Assembly (NCBI GenBank): GCA_945871065.1
Contig: CAMBUL010000002.1
Span: forward strand, 15,758-79,757
Source: Chthoniobacter flavus
Lineage (GTDB): Bacteria; Verrucomicrobiota; Verrucomicrobiia; Chthoniobacterales; JACTMZ01
Length of the DNA stretch: 64,000 nucleotides
Direction of reading: 5' to 3'
The notes beneath the pieces are model-generated. The model did no database searches. It was given only the letters and a program-made list of their open reading frames with translations, and was not told the origin of the DNA. The position numbers and the translations under genes are program-made. Below are positions 57,397 to 64,000 of the stretch, in pieces; the first letter of the stretch is position 1, and the number at the start of each line of letters is the position of its first letter.

Positions 57397-58246
57397 GGAA
57401 ACCAACCGCGAACCGCGGCACATTTTCATAATCGGGACGGACAGAAATGTCCCGAAATTTGCGCGCTGTCAGTAGGGTGTTAACTGCATTTGCCTGTCCG
57501 GCGCCGATTTCGAGGAGCAGGGCGCCGCCAGGTGACAGGTGCGCAGGAGCGACCTCGATGAGGCGGCGGATGAGCTCGAGGCCGTCGGCGCCACCATCGA
57601 GTGCGGAGGCGGGATCGTGCCGGACTTCGGCCGAGAGGGTGGCGATTTTCGCCGTCGGGATGTAGGGGAGGTTGGCCACGATCAGGTCAAATGCGGTGTC
57701 GCCCGTCGGGAGGAGGTCGACTTGGGTGAAACGGACGCGGTCAGCGATGTTGTGGCGGGCGGCGTTGTCCGAGGCAAGGGCCAAGGCGTCCGGCCAGAGA
57801 TCGGTGGCCTGGATTTCCGCGGCGGGAAGTTCGAGGGCCAGGGTCAGGGCGATGACTCCGCTCCCGGTGCCGAGGTCGAGGATCTTGGCTGCCGGGTGTG
57901 CCTTGCTGATTTCGAGGGCGAGTTCGACGAGTTGTTCGGTTTCGGGGCGGGGGATCAGCGCGCGTTGATCGCAGCCGAAGGTGCGTCCGTGGAACTCGGC
58001 GGTGCCGAGGATGTGCTGGAGGGGTTCGCGGGTGCCGCGGCGTTTGACCGTCTCGCGCAACGGGGCGCGTTCGGTCTCGGTCAGGGCGCGGTCGAATTGG
58101 AGGTAGAGTTCCATGCGTTTGAGGCCGAGGGCGTGCGCGAGCAGGTGCTCGGCATTGAGGCGCGGGTGTTCCACGCCGCGGTCGGCGAGGTAGCGCTCGC
58201 TGGCGCGGAGAACCTCGAGGAGCGGGAGGGTGTCAGGCATGGTCAA
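57389..58246 (-). CDS. prmC: release factor glutamine N5-methyltransferase
   Basis: LDLGTGSGVIAL and IVANLPYI (NPPY-type). Downstream of prfA. Confidence 0.88.
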   Translation of the reverse strand: MTMPDTLPLLEVLRASERYLADRGVEHPRLNAEHLLAHALGLKRMELYLQFDRALTETERAPLRETVKRRGTREPLQHILGTAEFHGRTFGCDQRALIPRPETEQLVELALEISKAHPAAKILDLGTGSGVIALTLALELPAAEIQATDLWPDALALASDNAARHNIADRVRFTQVDLLPTGDTAFDLIVANLPYIPTAKIATLSAEVRHDPASALDGGADGLELIRRLIEVAPAHLSPGGALLLEIGAGQANAVNTLLTARKFRDISVRPDYENVPRFAVGFHG

Positions 58247-58353
58247 GGGCAGCAGGCCGCCGGGACTAGCGGGCCGTGGCTGAAAAAATTATTTTCGGAA
58301 TGGCGGCCGGACCAACCGCTTGCTCCATGTTCGGAAATTTTTTGCACGGCGGC

Positions 58354-59430
58354 TTACGCGAGGCCGGCTTCGGCGAAGCGGTCTTCCATGTCGCGTTGCT
58401 GCAGAGCGCCGACCATTTCGTCGAGGTCGCCCTCGATCACGTGGTCGAGGTTGTAAAGGGTGAGGCCGATGCGGTGGTCGGTGATGCGGTTCTGCGGGAA
58501 GTTATAGGTGCGGATTTTTTCCTCGCGTCCGGCGCGTCCGATCAAGCTTCGGCGGTGGGCGGAATACTTGGCTTCTTCCTCGTTGCGTTTGTCCTCGAGG
58601 AGACGGGTGCGGAGGATTTCCAGAGCGGCGGCTTTGTTTTTTTGCTGCGAGCGTCCGTCCTGGCAGCGGACAATTTTCCCGGTGGGGATGTGGAGAATCT
58701 GGACAGCGGAGTCGGTCGTATTGACTCCTTGTCCGCCGGGTCCGCCGGAGCGGCAGACCTCGATACGGAGGTCTTGCGGGCGCAGTTCGATATCGACTTC
58801 CTGGGCTTCGGGCAGAACGGCCACGGTGGCGGTGGAGGTGTGGATGCGGCCCTGCGCTTCGGTGGCGGGCACGCGTTGCACGCGGTGGACCCCGCTCTCG
58901 TAGCGCAGGCGGCGGAAGACGGCGTCACCGATCACTTTGAAGACGACTTCTTTGAAACCGCCGAGGCCGGAGGGACTGGAATCGACGGACTCGAGTTTGA
59001 GTCCCTGCGCTTCGGCGTAGCGCTGATACATGCGGTAGAGGTCGGCGGCGAAAAGGGCGGCCTCATCGCCACCGGTGCCGGCGCGAATTTCGACGATGGC
59101 ATTGCGGTCCTCGCTTTCGTCCGGTGGAAGCAGGGCGAATTGGATGTCGCGGTCGAGGACGGCGAGGCGTGCTTCGATCTGCGGGATTTCGGCGGCGGCG
59201 AGTTCGGCCATTTCGGGATCGGTGCTGCTGGCGAGTTCGCTGTTTTCTTTCAGCTGGGTGCGCAGGCTTCGCACTTCGTCTTGGGCGGCGGCGAGTTCCT
59301 TGAGCCGGGCTTGTTCGCGCATGACGTCGCGCGCTTTGGCGGGGTCGGCGAAGAAGTCGCCGGAGGAGACGAGTTGGTCCAACTCGGCCAGACGCTCACG
59401 TTTTTTGGCGATGAGCGGCGCGAGATCCAT
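58354..59430 (-). CDS. prfA: peptide chain release factor 1
   Basis: RVPATE (PxT) and SGGPGGQGVNTTDSAV (GGQ). ATG 59430 (MDLAPLIAKK). Confidence 0.95.
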   Translation of the reverse strand: MDLAPLIAKKRERLAELDQLVSSGDFFADPAKARDVMREQARLKELAAAQDEVRSLRTQLKENSELASSTDPEMAELAAAEIPQIEARLAVLDRDIQFALLPPDESEDRNAIVEIRAGTGGDEAALFAADLYRMYQRYAEAQGLKLESVDSSPSGLGGFKEVVFKVIGDAVFRRLRYESGVHRVQRVPATEAQGRIHTSTATVAVLPEAQEVDIELRPQDLRIEVCRSGGPGGQGVNTTDSAVQILHIPTGKIVRCQDGRSQQKNKAAALEILRTRLLEDKRNEEEAKYSAHRRSLIGRAGREEKIRTYNFPQNRITDHRIGLTLYNLDHVIEGDLDEMVGALQQRDMEDRFAEAGLA

Positions 59431-59490
59431 AAAACGAAAAACGGCGACCGGCCGCGGGGCGGCGCGATCACCGTATGAGCAACAAACCAA

Positions 59491-59715
59491 CTAAGCTTTT
59501 GGGGCGCGGGTGGATTTGACCGTGCCGTAGCGGCGGGTGAATTTCTCGACGCGACCGGCGGTGTCGATGAACTTCTGTTCGCCGGTAAAGAAAGGATGGC
59601 AGGCCGCGCAGATGCCGATCTTGATGTTCCGGCGGGTCGATCGGGTGTGGTAAACGGCCCCGCAGGTGCAGGTGATCGTCGTTTCGGCGTATTCAGGATG
59701 GAGACCGGCTTTCAT
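59491..59715 (-). CDS. rpmE: 50S ribosomal protein L31
   Basis: 74 aa, MKAGLHPEY with Cys pairs CTCG and CAACHPFFTG. ATG 59715. Confidence 0.93.
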   Translation of the reverse strand: MKAGLHPEYAETTITCTCGAVYHTRSTRRNIKIGICAACHPFFTGEQKFIDTAGRVEKFTRRYGTVKSTRAPKA

Positions 59716-59801
59716 GGAAGAACTGGTCAAAGTAGCGCCCGAGGGAGCCGGTTGGCAAGAAAAAGCCGCCCGCTTGCCCCGGTGGGTCTGCCGCAGGCAG
59801 G

Positions 59802-61994
59802 ATGGGGGCGATGGCTTCTGAAAATTCGGCACCGGTTGACGGGCTATCCGGCTTGGTCGAGCGAATCACCTTCCACAATGAGGACACCGGCTTCGCGGTG
59901 CTCAAGGTGAAAATGAAAGGCCGGCGCGACCTGGTGCCGGTGGTCGGTGTGGTCGCGGCGGTCTCGCCCGGCGAATGGATCACGGCGGAGGGGCGGTGGG
60001 AGCGGAGTCGCGACCACGGAATGCAACTGCGCGCGACGGATATCCGTTGCCACGCCCCGACCTCCCTCGAGGGCATTGAAAAATATCTCGGCAGCGGACT
60101 GATCCGCGGGATCGGACCGGTTTACGCGAAAAAGATGGTGGCGAAATTCGGGGAGAAAATTTTCGAGATCATCGAAAATTCCTCGGCGCGCTTGGAAGAT
60201 GTGGAGGGGATCGGATCGGGGCGGCGGCAACAAATCAAGGCGGCTTGGGCCGAGCAGCGGGTCGTGCGGGACATTATGGTTTTCCTGCACAGCCACGGGA
60301 TCAGCACGAGTCGTGCGCTCCGGGTCTTTAAGCTCTACGGGGAGGATGCCATCGTGCGCGTACGGGCCAATCCTTACCTGCTGGCGCGGGATATCCCGGG
60401 CATCGGATTTAAATCGGCGGACGCGGTCGGCGCAAAACTCGGATTCGGTCATGATTCCATCTTGCGGGCCAGGGGCGGGTTGCAACACGTGTTGTCCGAG
60501 GCCACGGCTGAAGGGCACACCGCGTTACCGCGGGCGGCACTGCTCTCGACGGCCGGGCAATTGCTCGGCGTTGATGAAGGCATCGTGGTTGGTGCCCTCG
60601 ACCGGGAGGTGGCAGACGGGCATTTGACCGTCGAGGAAATCGCCGGCGACTCCATGGTTTTCCTGCCTGCCTTGCGCGCGGCGGAGGAGACGATTGCCGA
60701 GACGGTGCGAAGATTGTCCGCCCAGCCGCCGAAGTATCCGGAGATCGAATTCGAAAAAGCGCTCGGCTGGGTGCAGCAAAAAACCGGCAAGACGCTTTCG
60801 CCGAGCCAGGTGGACGCGCTGCGGCAGGTGCTTGGCTCGCGCGTAGTCGTGGTCACCGGAGGTCCGGGCGTGGGCAAGACCACCTTGCTCGACAGCTTGT
60901 TGAAGATTCTCGCGGCCAAGCGGGTGAGGTTCCTCCTCTGCGCGCCGACCGGACGCGCGGCCAAGCGGATGGGTGAATCGACGGGGTGTGCGGCCCAGAC
61001 CATCCACCGGTTGCTTGAAATATTGCCGTCCGGCGGATTCAAGCGCGGGAAGCGCCACCCGCTCGATACGGACCTCGTGGTGGTCGACGAATTTTCCATG
61101 GTCGACGTCCCGCTGATGGCGGCCTTGTGCCGTGCCCTTCCGTCCCACGGTTCCCTTGTCCTGGTCGGCGATCCGGACCAGTTGCCCAGCGTGGGCCCGG
61201 GGTCCATTTTGTCCGACCTGCTGGCCAGCGGCGCCGTGCCCTCGGTGCGCCTGACGGAGATTTTCCGCCAAGCCGAAGCGAGCCGCATTGTACGGGCCGC
61301 GCATGATATCCGGCACGGGCGGGTGCCGGAGGAGGCGGGTGAAAAGAACACGGACTTTGCCTTCCTGCCCCGGGAAGAACCGGAAGAAATCGCCAAGCTG
61401 GTGGTTCGTCTCGTGCGGGATGAAATTCCGCGGCGGCTCGGGCTGGACGCGGTCCGCGATATCCAAGTGCTGGCGCCGATGCACCGCGGGAGCTTGGGGA
61501 TCCGGGAACTGAACACGGCGCTGCAGGCGGCGCTCAATCCGCCGCATCCGGACCGCGCGGAAGTCGAGCGCTTCGGCACGAAATTCCGGGCGGGAGACAA
61601 AGTGCTGCAGACGCGGAACAACTATGACAAAGAGGTGTTCAATGGTGATATCGGGAGGATTACGTCAATCGACGGGGACCAGCGTCAGGTGTGCATCGAG
61701 TTCGATGGACGCCCGACGGTCTACGAGTTCAACGAACTCGACGAGGTCGAGCCCGCCTACGCCATTAGCATCCACAAGAGCCAAGGGTCCGAATTCCCCG
61801 CGGTGGTCATCCCCTTGGCCATGCAGCACTTCCTCCTTCTCCAGCGCAACCTCCTCTACACCGGGATCACGCGCGGCAAGCGGCTCGTGGTGGTGGCGGG
61901 ACAGCGCAAAGCCCTGGCCACGGCGGTGCGGCAGAATGACACGCGCCACCGGCACGGAGGACTGGGTTTTCGGCTGCGGCAGATTACAACCTAA
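59802..61994 (+). CDS. recD2: RecD2-like SF1B ATP-dependent DNA helicase
   Basis: VTGGPGVGKTT, VVDEFSMVD, LVGDPDQLPSVGPG, SIHKSQGSEF. N-terminal OB/HhH-like region. Confidence 0.88.
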   Translation: MGAMASENSAPVDGLSGLVERITFHNEDTGFAVLKVKMKGRRDLVPVVGVVAAVSPGEWITAEGRWERSRDHGMQLRATDIRCHAPTSLEGIEKYLGSGLIRGIGPVYAKKMVAKFGEKIFEIIENSSARLEDVEGIGSGRRQQIKAAWAEQRVVRDIMVFLHSHGISTSRALRVFKLYGEDAIVRVRANPYLLARDIPGIGFKSADAVGAKLGFGHDSILRARGGLQHVLSEATAEGHTALPRAALLSTAGQLLGVDEGIVVGALDREVADGHLTVEEIAGDSMVFLPALRAAEETIAETVRRLSAQPPKYPEIEFEKALGWVQQKTGKTLSPSQVDALRQVLGSRVVVVTGGPGVGKTTLLDSLLKILAAKRVRFLLCAPTGRAAKRMGESTGCAAQTIHRLLEILPSGGFKRGKRHPLDTDLVVVDEFSMVDVPLMAALCRALPSHGSLVLVGDPDQLPSVGPGSILSDLLASGAVPSVRLTEIFRQAEASRIVRAAHDIRHGRVPEEAGEKNTDFAFLPREEPEEIAKLVVRLVRDEIPRRLGLDAVRDIQVLAPMHRGSLGIRELNTALQAALNPPHPDRAEVERFGTKFRAGDKVLQTRNNYDKEVFNGDIGRITSIDGDQRQVCIEFDGRPTVYEFNELDEVEPAYAISIHKSQGSEFPAVVIPLAMQHFLLLQRNLLYTGITRGKRLVVVAGQRKALATAVRQNDTRHRHGGLGFRLRQITT

Positions 61995-62461
61995 GGAAGA
62001 TCGCAGCGCAGGATTTCTATTGGCTGGCCATGCAGCATCGTACGCTCGAGTGAATGGAAATCATGGAGCCGGAGCAGTCCGGCGGCCGACTCGGTGAAGA
62101 CGTAAAGTTCGCCCACGCCGGCATCCGCCGCGAACTGCGTGGCCGCCTTGATCAATCGGCCTGCGTGTCCGCGCCCGCGGAATTCCGGAAAGACGTAGAG
62201 ACTCCCCAGCCAAGGGTCCAAGTCCGGGCGCGCCTCGCAGTCCCCGTAGAGCAGGCTGACCGACCCTGCGACTTGTTCGTCTTCCCGCAGGACAAGGGTG
62301 GCCGGCAGGGAGCCATCCGTTTTCTGAGGTCGGAATTCGGCCAGCGCCTTCGACTTGTCCCAGTTCGTGTAAAGATGACCCCAAGCGGCGGCATGCCGAC
62401 TTGCCAAGTCTTCGGTCAGCGGGTCCCGGCCATCGAGCAAGGTGATCGAAACCTGAGGCAT
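61991..62461 (-). CDS. GNAT-family N-acetyltransferase
   Basis: 156 aa with motif A-like LYVFPEFRGRGHAGRLI. Stop overlaps the recD2 stop (convergent). Confidence 0.78.
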   Translation of the reverse strand: MPQVSITLLDGRDPLTEDLASRHAAAWGHLYTNWDKSKALAEFRPQKTDGSLPATLVLREDEQVAGSVSLLYGDCEARPDLDPWLGSLYVFPEFRGRGHAGRLIKAATQFAADAGVGELYVFTESAAGLLRLHDFHSLERTMLHGQPIEILRCDLP

Positions 62462-62473
62462 CTCTCCGGCACC

Positions 62474-63406
62474 TCAGGGGATCGTGGTCACGAGCACCGA
62501 GCAGTTGCCTCTTGCGGGACCGGCCGGCGGGGCTTCCACTGCCGGAAGGAGGAAAAAGTCGCCCGCGGAGAAGGTGCGTCCGCCGCACAAGGCGCTTCCG
62601 CCCACCACGGTGATCAGCGCAAAGTCACCGGCCGGCCGAAGGTCTTCCGGTGCAGAGAGGTTTTTTTTCTCGACGCGGAAATGGTCACAGTCCGCGATGA
62701 CACCCGTTTCGGTGTGTGCGAGGGACGGGGTGAAGTCGTTGAAGTCCGTGGAGAGCAGCGATTCCGCAAGGTGCAGATCCCTGGGTTTGCCGTCGAGGCC
62801 CATGCGGTTCCAATCGAAGACGCGGTAAGTCGTGTCGCTGTTCTGCTGGATTTCGACGATAAGGTTTCCTTCGCCGATGGCGTGGAGGCGTCCGCTCGGA
62901 ATAAAAATGCTGTCGCCCTCCCGGGTGGGGAGGACGTGGAGGCATTCTTCAATTTCACCGCGCCCGAGTTTTTCCTCGAAGGCCGCACGCGTTGTTCCGG
63001 CCGACAAACCGGCATAGATGCGGCTACCCGGGTCGCACGCCAAGAAATACCACATCTCGGTCTTCGGCTCCCCTTGGAGTTGCGGTGCGACCGCGGCGGG
63101 TGGGTGAACTTGGACCGAAAGGCGGTCGCGCGCATCGAGCAGTTTGCAAAGCAGGGGGAAGCGGGGCCCTGAGTGTTGATGGCATGCACCGAAAATTTCC
63201 GTGCGATGATTGGTCCACAGATCATGGAGGGTTTTGCCGTGCAGTGGTCCTTCCGCGACGACGCTTTGCACCTCAGGGCGGTCGACCAATTCCCACGCCT
63301 CGCCGACCAGTTGCGAACCGGGCAGGGAGCGTCCGAGGCGGGTGGCGAGGGTCCGGCCGCCCCAGATGCGTTCTTGGTAAAGGGGGGCAAAGGTGATGGG
63401 ACTCAT
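62474..63406 (-). CDS. manA: class I mannose-6-phosphate isomerase (cupin)
   Basis: FAPLYQERIWGG, LSVQVHP, KTEMWYF, IPSGRLHAIG. ATG 63406. Confidence 0.85.
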   Translation of the reverse strand: MSPITFAPLYQERIWGGRTLATRLGRSLPGSQLVGEAWELVDRPEVQSVVAEGPLHGKTLHDLWTNHRTEIFGACHQHSGPRFPLLCKLLDARDRLSVQVHPPAAVAPQLQGEPKTEMWYFLACDPGSRIYAGLSAGTTRAAFEEKLGRGEIEECLHVLPTREGDSIFIPSGRLHAIGEGNLIVEIQQNSDTTYRVFDWNRMGLDGKPRDLHLAESLLSTDFNDFTPSLAHTETGVIADCDHFRVEKKNLSAPEDLRPAGDFALITVVGGSALCGGRTFSAGDFFLLPAVEAPPAGPARGNCSVLVTTIP

Positions 63407-63420
63407 GAGACGAATGGGAC

Positions 63421-64000
63421 TTACGGTTTTTGGGCGGTGTAGATGGTGACGATGCCCGCGGCAAGAGGGAGAGCTTGCGCGTTGTGAAAATTGTTTTCTG
63501 TCATGAGGCGACACATGGCTTGGCCGGAAGGGAAGGCCTCGATCGATTCGCCGAGGTATTCGTAGCCGGCGCGCTGCCCGGTGATGAAGCCGGCAAAAAC
63601 CGGCAACACGCGGTGCAGATAGAACCGGTAGAGCGCAGCGAAGGGGGGGTGCGGCAGGGAGAAGTCGAGCAGGAGAAGACGTCCGCCGGGCCGCAGGACA
63701 CGCGACATTTCCCGCAGCGCGGCCGGCCAGGATTCCATGTTGCGCAGGCCGAAGGCCACGGTGACCGCATCAAAGGATCCGGCCGCGAAGGGGAGTTTGG
63801 TGCCGTCGGCGGCAACGAGCGGACGCAATCCTTTTCGCGCGGCGATCTGTAGCATGGGGAGGCAAAAATCAGCCCCGACGACATGCGCCCGCGGGAGCGC
63901 CTTCTGCAGGGCCAGCGCGAGGTCACCGCTGCCGGTGGCCAGATCGAGAACCGCACGAGGTTCCCACCGGGCAACCATCCGCACGGACCGCGCCCGCCAG
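63421..64000 (-). CDS. ubiE: UbiE/MenG-type demethylmenaquinone/ubiquinone methyltransferase (5' end beyond window)
   Basis: VLDLATGSGDLALAL, VAFGLRNM, RVLRPGGRLLLLDFS. The usual ~50 N-terminal residues are missing, so the gene probably continues past 64000. Confidence 0.82.
   Translation of the reverse strand, partial: WRARSVRMVARWEPRAVLDLATGSGDLALALQKALPRAHVVGADFCLPMLQIAARKGLRPLVAADGTKLPFAAGSFDAVTVAFGLRNMESWPAALREMSRVLRPGGRLLLLDFSLPHPPFAALYRFYLHRVLPVFAGFITGQRAGYEYLGESIEAFPSGQAMCRLMTENNFHNAQALPLAAGIVTIYTAQKP

Overview
High-GC bacterial chromosome segment. The gene content (fused murC-murB, PEP-CTERM protein, divergent FtsZ) suggests Verrucomicrobiota/Opitutae, but that is inference only. 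All calls come from reading the ORF track and the DNA by eye; no searches were run. About 90% of the window is tightly packed housekeeping DNA. It starts with a translationally coupled dcw cluster (murE to ftsZ, 1-14245), followed by clpB. A minus-strand array follows (cinA, SirB1-like, nadC, rnd, nuoC, nuoB, M23 peptidase), then envelope genes, xerC/D, parB, and a membrane-lipid locus (desaturase, FAD oxidoreductase, DUF1365, two Cfa-like methyltransferases, DUF1295). The remainder holds folE2-queE-queD, two secreted GH13 enzymes, and murA-prmC-prfA-rpmE, recD2, manA and ubiE. The accessory part is a ~4.9 kb island (32384-37281) inserted into the lipid locus. It is bracketed by a 439-bp imperfect direct repeat of the DUF1365 3' end. 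The island and its right flank hold four apparently intact toxin-antitoxin pairs (three vapBC, one brnTA) and one doubly inactivated ParE/RelE-type pair. The most interesting signal is a diversity-generating retroelement (DGR) signature. A 128-bp variable repeat at the 3' end of an FGE/C-type-lectin-like, PEP-CTERM-anchored ORF recurs 490 bp downstream as an AAC-rich template repeat. Nearly all mismatches fall on template adenines. The cassette looks decayed or trans-dependent: the avd gene is a stub, no reverse transcriptase lies in the window, and the target ORF carries one in-frame TAG. No rRNA, tRNA, CRISPR array, transposase or island-associated integrase was recognised.
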